DNA of 64,000 nt from an uncultured Anaerolineales bacterium. Its GTDB lineage: Bacteria; Chloroflexota; Anaerolineae; Anaerolineales; UBA11858. The position numbers and the translations under genes are program-made. The stretch spans positions 11,240-75,239 of the forward strand of contig CAYVQU010000002.1 of the NCBI GenBank assembly GCA_964453155.1, in the 5' to 3' direction. Below are positions 28,213 to 37,213 of this stretch, in pieces. The stretch's first letter is position 1. Every line of letters begins with the position of its first letter. Under the pieces are notes generated by a model that saw nothing but the letters and a program-made list of their open reading frames with translations, had not been told where the DNA came from and did not search any database.

Positions 28213-29409
28213 ATGCAATATCGTAAATTTGGTTCTTTAGATTTCGCCGTTTCCGCCTTGGGGTTCGGTTGTATGCGCCTCCCCGGGCGCCGCTTTAGCC
28301 TGATGGGGGCGGACACAAATGAGTCCATCAAAATTATTCGTTCAGGGATCGATCAGGGCATCAACTATATCGATACGGCCTGGCCCTACCACCTGGGTGA
28401 AAGCGAAAAAGTTTTGGGTTTGACGCTGAAAGATGGTTACCGCGCAAAAGTCAAACTGGTGACCAAACTGCCCATGTTTTTAGTTCGTAAAACTGAGGAT
28501 TTTGACCGTTATCTGAACGCCCAACTCGAACGCCTACAAACTGAAACTATCGATATTTATCTCTTCCATGCCATGAATGCGGGTGGATTGGAGAAAGTCA
28601 AACGGTTGGGTTTGATCGAAAAAATGGAAGCGGCCCAGCGTCAGGGTCGGATTCAGCACATCGGGTTCTCGTTCCATGATACCGCGCCAGTTTTTCGTGA
28701 GATCATCGATTACTACGATTGGGATATGACCCAAATCCAATACAACTATATGGATACCGGTTTTCAGGCCACCACGGCCGGGCTTGAGTATGCCCATGAA
28801 AAAGGGATCGCCGTCGTCATCATGGAACCGGTCAAGGGTGGAACACTGGCAAATCCCCCGGCGGAAGCCCTGGCCGTGATGAATTCGGCCGCTGTGAAAC
28901 GCACGCCAGTCGATTGGGCCCTCCAATTCTTATGGAATCGGCCCGAAGTCGCGACCGTCATCAGCGGGATGGGCACTCAGCAAATGGTGGACGAAAACTG
29001 TGCCAGTGCCGCCCGTTCGGGGATCAACTCACTCAGCCCTGAAGATGAAGCAATCATTGAAAAACTGGCTGCCATTTACCAGCAAAAAATCCTGGTTCCC
29101 TGTACTGCCTGTGAGTATTGTATGCCTTGTCCGGCGGGGGTTAACATCCCCCAAAATTTTGCCATTTTGAACAATCTCTCGCTTACTGATGGCCGTCTCC
29201 GAAAATTCATGACGCGCCGGGATTATGGCAAATTGGCGAATACCAAAGCCCAACTCAACTCAGAGAAAACCAACGGGAATGCGGCCATGTGTGCGGATTG
29301 CGGCCAATGCGTCGAAAAATGCCCGCAGAACATCAACATCCCGGTTGAATTAGAAAAAACCCATGCAATTTTGGGAAAAAGAGAGGCAATTGAACAATAT
29401 TACACGTAA
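28213..29409 (+). CDS. aldo/keto reductase with C-terminal 4Fe-4S ferredoxin-type domain
   Basis: The AKR N-terminus shows LGFGCMRLP and IDTAWPYH. Two C-terminal Cys clusters are present (CTACEYCMPCP and CADCGQCVEKCP). Confidence 0.8.
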   Translation: MQYRKFGSLDFAVSALGFGCMRLPGRRFSLMGADTNESIKIIRSGIDQGINYIDTAWPYHLGESEKVLGLTLKDGYRAKVKLVTKLPMFLVRKTEDFDRYLNAQLERLQTETIDIYLFHAMNAGGLEKVKRLGLIEKMEAAQRQGRIQHIGFSFHDTAPVFREIIDYYDWDMTQIQYNYMDTGFQATTAGLEYAHEKGIAVVIMEPVKGGTLANPPAEALAVMNSAAVKRTPVDWALQFLWNRPEVATVISGMGTQQMVDENCASAARSGINSLSPEDEAIIEKLAAIYQQKILVPCTACEYCMPCPAGVNIPQNFAILNNLSLTDGRLRKFMTRRDYGKLANTKAQLNSEKTNGNAAMCADCGQCVEKCPQNINIPVELEKTHAILGKREAIEQYYT

Positions 29410-29614
29410 GTGCGTGGCGATTTGTGGTTTATGAGAAAACTGGCAAGATTATCCGCCGCGCCTGAGCAGATTTCGGTTTGCACGGAAATTTTATTGCATA
29501 TTATGTATGATCTCAATTTTTCGGAGCTAGCAACCAGCATCCTGAGTTACGGAATGTATCAAAGGATACTGGTCAGGCTTAGCCTCGAAGCTCTGAGAGG
29601 ATACCAAAATCTGC

Positions 29615-30169
29615 TTGGGATCCAAAATGGATTTGGACATGTGGCCGTTCGATAATCTGACAATCCAGGCCGCCTTGTTAAAAATCTCGATCTTCTGGCC
29701 AACTAAATATAATGCCCCCTGGCTGCCAGCTTCCATGGAAATTGTGCATAAAACGTTGCAACTTGCCGAGGTCGGGCCTGAAGACCTGATCTATGATCTC
29801 GGTTGCGGCGATGGACGTACCATCATCACGGCCGCCCGCGACTATGGGGCCAAGGCGGTAGGCATCGAGCTTGATCTGCTTCGTTATCTATGGTGTCAAT
29901 TGCTGGTTACCATTTTGGGTTTGCGCGGGCGGGTCAGAATCATCTACGGCGATTTCTTTCAGCACAATATCAGCGCAGCCGATGTAGTCACCTGTTACTT
30001 GGGGCAGGCTACCAACGAGACATTACAAACCAAATTTGAACAAGAGCTACGGCCTAATGCTCGAGTTGTATCCTATAACTTCACCTTTCCTAAACTAAAC
30101 CTCATCAGCCAAGACGATCAAGCCGAACTTTTTCTGTACGACTTACGCGCATCTGATCAACAGAATTAA
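29615..30169 (+). CDS. small class I SAM-dependent methyltransferase, paralogue A
   Basis: It has motif I (IYDLGCGDGR). It is clearly paralogous to 31592-32131 along its length. The start codon is uncertain. Confidence 0.65.
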   Translation: MGSKMDLDMWPFDNLTIQAALLKISIFWPTKYNAPWLPASMEIVHKTLQLAEVGPEDLIYDLGCGDGRTIITAARDYGAKAVGIELDLLRYLWCQLLVTILGLRGRVRIIYGDFFQHNISAADVVTCYLGQATNETLQTKFEQELRPNARVVSYNFTFPKLNLISQDDQAELFLYDLRASDQQN

Positions 30170-30172
30170 TAA

Positions 30173-30365
30173 CTCATGTTACGCACGAAGCATCCCTTCG
30201 ACAGGCTCAGGACAGGCCTGAGTAAGTCCGCAGGACCGTATCGAAGGGTGCGGGTCGTCCAAAAATTCACCCTTCGATACGCTAGCGCTACTCAGAGCCT
30301 GCACTGAGCGCAGTCGAAGTGATGAATTTTCAAGCATATTTTCTCAACCTTGCGTAACATCAGTT
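30173..30365 (+). mobile_element. 193-bp MITE-like element, copy A (TA-flanked, terminal inverted repeats)
   Basis: The terminal inverted repeats are ACTCATGTTACGCA and TGCGTAACATCAGT, with TA on both flanks. The interior is self-complementary (for example CGTATCGAAGGGTG / CACCCTTCGATACG). Confidence 0.75.
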
Positions 30366-30433
30366 AATAACAATTAAAAGACCAAGAAACCAGAAATTTT
30401 CCTCTAGCATTTCTGGTTTCCTTAGGAAAAAAT

Positions 30434-31357
30434 ATGCCCCCAAAATGGACGCAACAAGACATTCCTGATTTATCGGGAAAAATCATTGTCATCACCGGTG
30501 CCAATAGCGGTTTAGGTTTTGAATGTTCGAAGACTTTTGCAGAAAAGGGCGCCACCGTCGTGATAACCGCCCGCAACCTGACCAAAGGTGAGCAGGCCAA
30601 AGCAGGAATTCTCAAAGCATTTCCAAATTCTCCTCTGGACCTGATGAAACTCGATGTCGGTGACTTAACCTCCGTGCGGGAATTTTCCGAGGCTTTCAAG
30701 GAAAAATATGATCGTCTCGATATTTTGCTCAACAACGCGGGAGTAATGGCCATCCCGCGGCAGGAAACTGTTGATGGTTTCGAACAGCAGTTGGGCGTCA
30801 ACCACCTGGGACACTTTGCTCTGACTGGGTTACTCCTGGACGCCATAGTGAAAACTCCTGGCGCTCGTATTCACAATGTCACCAGCAGCGTTCATTGGAT
30901 TGGGCGGTTCAATTTCGAGGATCTGATGGGCCAGAAGAAGTACAACCGCTGGCGGGCTTATGGACAGAGTAAACTTGCCAATGTATGCTTCACTTATGAG
31001 TTACAAAAACGGCTGCAAACAAACGGGTACGATACGATTGCGAATACATCACATCCGGGATTTGTAATCGGCCAATTGCAAGCAAACAGCATTGAACAAT
31101 CAGGGACCCCACTAGAAGGATTGCTTTACACCCTTGGTAAACCGCTAGTAGCCCAAGATGTTACAACAGGTGTGCTGCCAATGCTCTACGGGATGACAGC
31201 TCCCGCGGCCAAAGGCGGTGTATTCTATGGGCCAAGCTTCTTGAGTATGCGCGGCTACCCCAAGGAAAATATACCCAACAAAGCAGTTAACGATGCAGCC
31301 ATTCTCAAGCGTATTTGGGATGTATCGGAAGAATTGACCGGTGTTCAATTTCTTTAA
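30434..31357 (+). CDS. SDR-family oxidoreductase (classical short-chain dehydrogenase)
   Basis: It has the cofactor motif VITGANSGLGFE, NNAG, and YGQSK for the YxxxK catalytic motif. The stop codon overlaps the TA flank and end of MITE copy B. Confidence 0.85.
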   Translation: MPPKWTQQDIPDLSGKIIVITGANSGLGFECSKTFAEKGATVVITARNLTKGEQAKAGILKAFPNSPLDLMKLDVGDLTSVREFSEAFKEKYDRLDILLNNAGVMAIPRQETVDGFEQQLGVNHLGHFALTGLLLDAIVKTPGARIHNVTSSVHWIGRFNFEDLMGQKKYNRWRAYGQSKLANVCFTYELQKRLQTNGYDTIANTSHPGFVIGQLQANSIEQSGTPLEGLLYTLGKPLVAQDVTTGVLPMLYGMTAPAAKGGVFYGPSFLSMRGYPKENIPNKAVNDAAILKRIWDVSEELTGVQFL

Positions 31358-31549
31358 CTCATGTCACGCACGATATGCAAAATGAGCCAGAAAATTCATC
31401 CCTTCGACTGCGCTCAGTGCAGGCTCTGAATAGCGATAGCGTATCGCAGGGTAAATTTTCGGATGAGCCGCACCCTTCGATATGGTCCTTCGAACTTACT
31501 CAGGCCTCACCTGAGCCTGTCGAAGGGATGCTTGTTGCGTGACATCAAT
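31357..31549 (-). mobile_element. 193-bp MITE-like element, copy B (inverted relative to copy A)
   Basis: It is close to the reverse complement of copy A along its whole length. The terminal repeats are ACTCATGTCACGCA and TGCGTGACATCAAT, and it is TA-flanked. Confidence 0.75.
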
Positions 31550-31591
31550 TATTAAACCTTAGCGGTTGGCGCCTTTTCGTGCGATTCTACA

Positions 31592-32131
31592 ATGGCAGTC
31601 TATATTCTCGCAATCTTAATTATCGTTATTGTCATCTCCATCTTCCTGGCGGACTTCTTCGGTGCACCGTGGGTACCAACACCGCGGAAATTAGTGCCTA
31701 GAATGCTGACCCTGGCCGAGGTTGGTCCTGACGACGTCGTTTATGACCTGGGATGTGGGGATGGGCGGATTCTCATCACCGCGGCTCGAAAGTATGGGGC
31801 CAGAGCCGTGGGGATTGAAATCGACCCCCTGCGATACTTATGGTGTCAGATCATGGTTACCCTGTTCGGCGTTCGAGACCGAGTCATCGTCGTTTATGGG
31901 AATATCTTCACAGAAAATTATCATCCCGCCACGGTGGTCACCTGTTTCCTCCGCCAGCGCACGAATAATAAATTGGAAAAAAAACTGCTCGCAGAATTGA
32001 AACCGGGCACCCGGGTAGTTTCCAACACATTTATTTTTCCCACCATTCCTGCGGTGGGAGGCGACGACACAATTCGGTTATATCTTTTTTATCCAGATAA
32101 AACCGAGGGTTTGAAAAAATCATTATTTTAG
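31592..32131 (+). CDS. small class I SAM-dependent methyltransferase with N-terminal TM helix, paralogue B
   Basis: It has an N-terminal TM helix (ILAILIIVIVISIFLADFF) and motif I (VYDLGCGDGR). Confidence 0.65.
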   Translation: MAVYILAILIIVIVISIFLADFFGAPWVPTPRKLVPRMLTLAEVGPDDVVYDLGCGDGRILITAARKYGARAVGIEIDPLRYLWCQIMVTLFGVRDRVIVVYGNIFTENYHPATVVTCFLRQRTNNKLEKKLLAELKPGTRVVSNTFIFPTIPAVGGDDTIRLYLFYPDKTEGLKKSLF

Positions 32132-32170
32132 GGCGCGTTTTGCTCCTGCAAAAAATCAGAGCAGCAGGGG

Positions 32171-32200
32171 TTGACAAATCTGGGTCACTAGAGAGATACT
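32171..32200 (+). promoter_or_regulatory. possible promoter (TTGACA, 18-bp spacer, GATACT)
   Basis: TTGACA lies at 32171-32176 and GATACT at 32195-32200, upstream of the hydrolase gene. Confidence 0.35.
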
Positions 32201-32344
32201 TTTATCAAATATCAAATTTTTTTATGCAGATTTCGGAACGCTTTTTAAAATAGCATTTAAATTTAGACCGAAATCTGCTCAGGCGGTGCGGTAAACCAAG
32301 TTGGTTGGTTTAAAGCACAAACCGCAGCGCACTTAGGAGGCAAC

Positions 32345-33181
32345 ATGCACCACGCGGAGGGCAATTTCAAAGGGGTACGAGATGCAAATATTTACTATCA
32401 AAACTGGCTACCAGATGGGGAAGTAAAAGCTGTGCTGCTGGTCGTTCATGGGCTAGGCGAACATTGTGGCCGTTATATGAATGTAGTCAATCACTTTGTT
32501 CCACGGGGATACGCGGTCTACGGTCTCGATAATATCGGCCATGGCCGCTCAGATGGGCAGCGCGAATTTGTCGATAAGTTTACAGATTTCACCATTACAC
32601 TGAAGACCTTTTATGATTTGGTCGCGGCCGCGCAACCCGAAAAACCAATCTTCCTACTAGGGCACAGCATGGGCGGGGCGATCGCGACGTATTATCTTCT
32701 CGACCACCAGGATGATTTCAAAGGCGCAATTTTGTCAGCTCCGGGGGTAAAAATTGGAGAAGGGATTTCGCCAGTAGCGATCACGATGAGCAAAATATTA
32801 TCAAAGTTGGCCCCTAAAATGGGTGTAGTCGCGTTGGATCCGAACGCCATCTCACGGGATCCGAAAGTGGTAGAAACATATCGTAATGACCCCCTGGTTT
32901 TCTCTGGAAAAACACCGGCCCGATTGGGTGCAGAATTTCTAACCGCAGTTGAACGCATCGGTAGCGAGGCAGACAAGATTGCTTTGCCACTGATCATGGT
33001 TCAGGGCGCAAAAGACACGCTCGTCGAACCAGCTGGGGCCCAGATGCTGTATGACCAGGTCACTTCAGCCGATAAAACCATCAAAATTTACCCCGAGATG
33101 TATCACGAGGTCTTCAACGAACCTGATCGAGATTTGGCCCTCAAAGATGTCGAGGAATGGCTGGAAAAACAACTTAACTAA
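32345..33181 (+). CDS. alpha/beta hydrolase (lysophospholipase/monoacylglycerol lipase-like)
   Basis: It has the oxyanion region HGLGEH, the nucleophile elbow GHSMGG, and a C-terminal His in YHEVFNE. Confidence 0.8.
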   Translation: MHHAEGNFKGVRDANIYYQNWLPDGEVKAVLLVVHGLGEHCGRYMNVVNHFVPRGYAVYGLDNIGHGRSDGQREFVDKFTDFTITLKTFYDLVAAAQPEKPIFLLGHSMGGAIATYYLLDHQDDFKGAILSAPGVKIGEGISPVAITMSKILSKLAPKMGVVALDPNAISRDPKVVETYRNDPLVFSGKTPARLGAEFLTAVERIGSEADKIALPLIMVQGAKDTLVEPAGAQMLYDQVTSADKTIKIYPEMYHEVFNEPDRDLALKDVEEWLEKQLN

Positions 33182-33182
33182 C

Positions 33183-33212
33183 AAAAAAGAGCGCTCTCGG
33201 GCGCTCTTTTTT
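33183..33212. terminator. bidirectional Rho-independent terminator
   Basis: AAAAAAGAGCGC-TCTCGG-GCGCTCTTTTTT lies between convergent genes. Confidence 0.75.
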
Positions 33213-33237
33213 GATTCTTGATCCCGCTGGCAAATGA

Positions 33238-34179
33238 TTATCTTTTCGCAGCCTGATTGACCTCGATGGTAATATGCGCCAGCCCCAAATCAGTAGGGAG
33301 AAGTTGTTTATATTCATCCGGTGACCGCAGGTTTTCGGCCAGTAGTGAAATAATAACGCTGTTCATTTTCGGCCCAATCGACCAAAGATGTAAGTCCGTG
33401 ACCTGAGCGCCGCTGGCTTCCAAAGCCGTCTGTATTCGCTGGCGAAGAGTAGCCGAACCCTGCTTATCTAGCAGGACAGCGCTGGTGGTGCGGATCAGCC
33501 CCAGGGACCACTTCGACACCCAAAATGCGCCGACCAACCCCATCAGGGGATCCATCCAACTCAGGCCGAGAAATTTTCCGCCCAAGAGAGCGAAAATCGC
33601 CAGTAGGGAAGTCAGGGCATCGGCCAAAACGTGCAGATACGCGGCCCGCAAGTTATGATCGTGATGCTCGTGTTCGTGGTCATGGTCGTCATGCTGGTGA
33701 TCATGGTCGTGTTCGTGATCGTGGTTGTCTCCCAAAATTAACACCGAAACCCCGTTGACGATCAGTCCCAACACGGCGACAAAAATGGCCTGATTGAATG
33801 CGATCTCCACCGGGTTGAGCAGCCGGTCGACGCTCTCCCAGGCCATCATTAGGGCAAAGATGGCCAGCAAAACAGCCCCCGTAAAACCACCCAGGGCATT
33901 GACTTTACCGGTCCCAAAGCTAAAGGTGTGGTTATGGGCCTGCCGCCGGGCGTAGACATAGGCAAAGACGTTGATGGTCAGAGCCGCGGCATGAGAGGCC
34001 ATATGCATCCCATCGGCCAGCAGTGCGATCGAGCCAAAGAGTACACCGGTGGCAATTTCAACCACCATCATGGTGGCGGTGATAATAATAACGATTAAGG
34101 TGCGCAGCTCCCCGGTCCGCTTTTCATCCTGACCGAAGGCATGACTGTGTTGCCATTGTTTGAGATTTGTATTTTGCAT
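33238..34179 (-). CDS. cation diffusion facilitator (CDF) metal efflux transporter with His/Asp-rich loop
   Basis: It has six TM segments, the CDF signature region (LLADGMHMASHAAAL) and the loop DNHDHEHDHDHQHDDHDHEHEHHDHN. Confidence 0.85.
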   Translation of the reverse strand: MQNTNLKQWQHSHAFGQDEKRTGELRTLIVIIITATMMVVEIATGVLFGSIALLADGMHMASHAAALTINVFAYVYARRQAHNHTFSFGTGKVNALGGFTGAVLLAIFALMMAWESVDRLLNPVEIAFNQAIFVAVLGLIVNGVSVLILGDNHDHEHDHDHQHDDHDHEHEHHDHNLRAAYLHVLADALTSLLAIFALLGGKFLGLSWMDPLMGLVGAFWVSKWSLGLIRTTSAVLLDKQGSATLRQRIQTALEASGAQVTDLHLWSIGPKMNSVIISLLAENLRSPDEYKQLLPTDLGLAHITIEVNQAAKR

Positions 34180-34285
34180 ATTTTAAAATGGAAACCCGAT
34201 ACAAAAGAGTGGCTGGTTGTCGTTTTAGGATGATTTGTACCGGGTTGTACCGGGTTAGTGTCAAAAAGATTTTGTTGATATGGGT

Positions 34286-34543
34286 TTACTTTTGGATCGT
34301 GTATACGTTTGGAATCTGCGCACAAGCGCGAACCAAAACCGGAGCACAATTACTGGCTCCCGGACCACAGGAGCAATTGTCTCCTTCTCTTTCATCAGCT
34401 TGAATTTGCAAGCGCCCCTTCTGCACCCAAAACTGGATCATCCCTTCTAGGGCGGCAGGCTCAATTTCCATCTTCCGGCCCAATTCACTGACCGTGATCG
34501 GCCCGCGGGCATTTTCAATTTCACACAATACTTGATTTAACAT
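34286..34543 (-). CDS. feoC: FeoC-like winged-helix protein with Cys-rich tail
   Basis: It is 85 aa, with a wHTH (ITVSELGRKMEIEPAALEGMIQFWVQKGRL) and then the cysteines CSCGPGASNC. It lies immediately downstream of feoB. Confidence 0.6.
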   Translation of the reverse strand: MLNQVLCEIENARGPITVSELGRKMEIEPAALEGMIQFWVQKGRLQIQADEREGDNCSCGPGASNCAPVLVRACAQIPNVYTIQK

Positions 34544-34554
34544 AATAATCCATT

Positions 34555-34580
34555 GTAGGGGCGCAATCGTGCGCCCCTAC
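34555..34580. repeat. REP-like hairpin GTAGGGGCGCA-ATCG-TGCGCCCCTAC
   Basis: It has an 11-bp stem and a 4-nt loop, and sits between feoB and the feoC-like gene. Confidence 0.8.
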
Positions 34581-34586
34581 ATATAT

Positions 34587-36326
34587 TTATCCTAATCCCA
34601 ACAACAAACCACCCTGGAAGACGACAAAGGCCATCATCCAGGCCAAAACCAACTGCCCCAGGATCGAAACCCAGGTCCATTTCATCCCGAGTTCCTGGCG
34701 TTCGGCCGCGACGGCAACCATGCAGGGAGTGTAGATCAACACGAAGACCATAAAAGCCAGGGCTGCCAAGGCCGCGTGACCACCACTGGAAGTCTCAAAC
34801 CCGGATCGAATCGCACCCATCAGGGCACTGGGCTCTTCTTCAGCATCTTCATCAAACAAATTGATCCCCACAATCAGCGGCAGAGATTTAAGCGTGTCAC
34901 CGGTCGCGCTGACGAAGGAGGTTACAATTTCGCGCAGGTCCGCCCCAAAGGTGGTCGGTTCAGCTGCAGCCTCGGCTTCTTCGACATCATAGACCTGCGA
35001 CATGGTGCTGACGACCACTTCTTTGGCGACAAACCCGGTCAGCAGGGCGCTGCTGGCTTGCCAGTTGCCAAATCCCAAAGGTTTTAGCAGTGGAGCGGTG
35101 ACCCGGTTAATACCCGCGAACAGGCTGTTTTCTAGGTCTACCTCGGCAAACGGTTCCCCCTGAACAATTGGGGTCGCCATCAAAATCCAGATCAAAATGG
35201 AGGTGCCTAAAATAATGGTGGTGGCATTCTTCAAAAAAGTACCAACCCGCTTCTGGACGTAGATCCCGACGGATTGCATGTTCGGCCAGCGGTAAGGGGG
35301 CAACTCGATGATCAAGGCTGATTGTTCTTTGCCTTTGAAAACCGTGTTGCGCAAGATCACCCCAAAAACCAGAGCGGTTAAGATCCCCAATAGATACATG
35401 CTGAATACGGCCGTCCCGGCATTATTCGAGAAGAAGATGGCTCCAAACAAAATATAAACCGGCAGGCGGGCCCCACAGCTCATGAAGGGCACCAATAACC
35501 CAGTCAGAATCCGGTCTTTCTCGTTTTCGAGGGTGCGGGTGGCGTAAAAGGCTGGTACTGTGCACCCAAATCCGACCAGCATCGGCAAGAAGCTCTTGCC
35601 GTGCAATCCGATGGCACTCATCACCCGGTCCATCACAAAAGCCCCGCGGCTCATATAACCGGTGTCTTCCAAAATCGCCAGCGCCAGATATAAGAACCCG
35701 AGTACCGGTACAAAAACCAGCACGCCACCGACCCCGGCAATGATCCCGTCCACAAACAGGCTGCTGACCCAGGTATCCCCCAGACCCAACGCGGCGATAA
35801 TGGCGGCCACCCACTTGGTAATTGGACCGCCGATCAACCCATCAACCCAATCCAAATAGGGCGCCGAGACTTCGGCCGTCAATTTGAACACGGCCCACAT
35901 GACGACTAAGAAAATGGGAATACCCAGGTAGCGGTGTGTCAGGATACTGTCCAAGCGATCAGAAAAAGATACCGAGGCGGTCGCGGGGCGTGAAACCGCG
36001 TTATGCACCAATTGGTTGATCCACTGATAGCGCCGGTCGGCGATCTGGACGTCTAAATCTTCACCGTGGATTTCCCGCAGCCGGGCCACGCTTTGTTTGG
36101 ATTTCTCAATTAGATCCGAGCCCCCTTGTAAAGCCAATAATTTGATCTGAATATCGCGATCTTCTTCCAGTAATTTGATCGCCACCCAGCGAGCCGGGTA
36201 TTTGTCCTGAATTTGGGGGTGATTGCCAATCTCATTAATCAGGGACCCAATTTCGATTTCTAACTCGGTCCCATAGTTAATTTTGAAGGTATTGTCTACC
36301 GATAAAGTTGATTCTGCAAAACTCAT
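34587..36326 (-). CDS. feoB: FeoB helical plus membrane portion, separate ORF
   Basis: It starts at the helical domain (ARWVAIKLLEEDRD...QIADRRYQWI...LDSILTHRYLGIPIFLVVM), and the full polytopic FeoB core follows. GAGGA lies upstream of the ATG. Confidence 0.88.
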   Translation of the reverse strand: MSFAESTLSVDNTFKINYGTELEIEIGSLINEIGNHPQIQDKYPARWVAIKLLEEDRDIQIKLLALQGGSDLIEKSKQSVARLREIHGEDLDVQIADRRYQWINQLVHNAVSRPATASVSFSDRLDSILTHRYLGIPIFLVVMWAVFKLTAEVSAPYLDWVDGLIGGPITKWVAAIIAALGLGDTWVSSLFVDGIIAGVGGVLVFVPVLGFLYLALAILEDTGYMSRGAFVMDRVMSAIGLHGKSFLPMLVGFGCTVPAFYATRTLENEKDRILTGLLVPFMSCGARLPVYILFGAIFFSNNAGTAVFSMYLLGILTALVFGVILRNTVFKGKEQSALIIELPPYRWPNMQSVGIYVQKRVGTFLKNATTIILGTSILIWILMATPIVQGEPFAEVDLENSLFAGINRVTAPLLKPLGFGNWQASSALLTGFVAKEVVVSTMSQVYDVEEAEAAAEPTTFGADLREIVTSFVSATGDTLKSLPLIVGINLFDEDAEEEPSALMGAIRSGFETSSGGHAALAALAFMVFVLIYTPCMVAVAAERQELGMKWTWVSILGQLVLAWMMAFVVFQGGLLLGLG

Positions 36327-36346
36327 TGTTTTCCTCGATGCTGCAG

Positions 36347-36847
36347 TTAGGTGTTGGTTGAGGTGGCCACGATGGCATCCAATAACTGCCCCAGCCCTTT
36401 CTCTGCCCGGGCTACCGTCCGGACGACCGGCACATCCAAAGCTGCGGTCAGGGCTTGTTCTTGGACCTTAATCCGCTTGGAATCAGCGACATCAGTCATA
36501 TTGAGGGCCAATATCACCGGAACTTCGGTCTCCAAGACCTGGACGGTCAGATACAGATTGCGTTCCAGGTTGGTCGCATCAACTACATTCACAACTAGAT
36601 CGGGTTTTTCATTCAAAATAAAGTCACGGGCAATAACCTCTTCTGGTGAAAAGGCGCTTAAACTATAAGTCCCTGGCAAATCTACAATCCAGATTTCCTG
36701 GCCTTTGTGTTTGAAAGTGCCTTCTTTTTTCTCGACCGTTTTTCCAGGCCAATTGCCCACGTGTTGCCGCGCCCCCGTCATGGCATTAAATAAAGTCGTT
36801 TTTCCGGCATTGGGGTTGCCCGCCAAGCCTACTAAGATGGGTTTCAT
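36347..36847 (-). CDS. feoB: FeoB GTPase domain, stand-alone ORF
   Basis: It has G1 (GNPNAGKTT), G3 (DLPG) and G4 (NMTD). I chose the ATG at 36847 (MKPILVGLAG). The stop lies 20 nt before the next feoB ORF. Confidence 0.85.
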   Translation of the reverse strand: MKPILVGLAGNPNAGKTTLFNAMTGARQHVGNWPGKTVEKKEGTFKHKGQEIWIVDLPGTYSLSAFSPEEVIARDFILNEKPDLVVNVVDATNLERNLYLTVQVLETEVPVILALNMTDVADSKRIKVQEQALTAALDVPVVRTVARAEKGLGQLLDAIVATSTNT

Positions 36848-36979
36848 AAAGTGTGATGTCTGATACCATTTTCGCATATTTCGGCAAGAATCTGAAAATA
36901 AGAAGATCCATCAAGCCAAAATTTGCTCAGGTGTGGCGTTAAAATTTGCTCGTTTTATTATTAGCAACAAACCGCCAAC

Positions 36980-37213
36980 TTATCCAATCAAGTCGACGCT
37001 GATTTTATTGGCCATCCCTCGCCCAATGGCGATGCGTGAATCCCGCACCGAAATCAACAATGGGCCACCGTTATCATGTAGTACCGAGAATTCAACCCCC
37101 GGGGTTAACCCCAATTCGGCCAAACGATGACTAAAGCGCCGTCCGGCATCTGCCCGGACCATTCGTACTTTTTGTCCGACTGAGACATTGGATAAAGATA
37201 AAGAATCAGACAT
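36980..37213 (-). CDS. feoA: FeoA
   Basis: It has an SH3-like FeoA pattern (VGQKVRMVR...LAELGLTPGVEFSVL). The ATG at 37213 overlaps the stop of the upstream regulator gene. Confidence 0.8.
   Translation of the reverse strand: MSDSLSLSNVSVGQKVRMVRADAGRRFSHRLAELGLTPGVEFSVLHDNGGPLLISVRDSRIAIGRGMANKISVDLIG

Noticed and set aside
30364-30846. 160-aa minus-strand ORF opposite the SDR gene
   Set aside because: It is antisense to a clear SDR CDS, and its 3' end abuts the end of MITE copy A.
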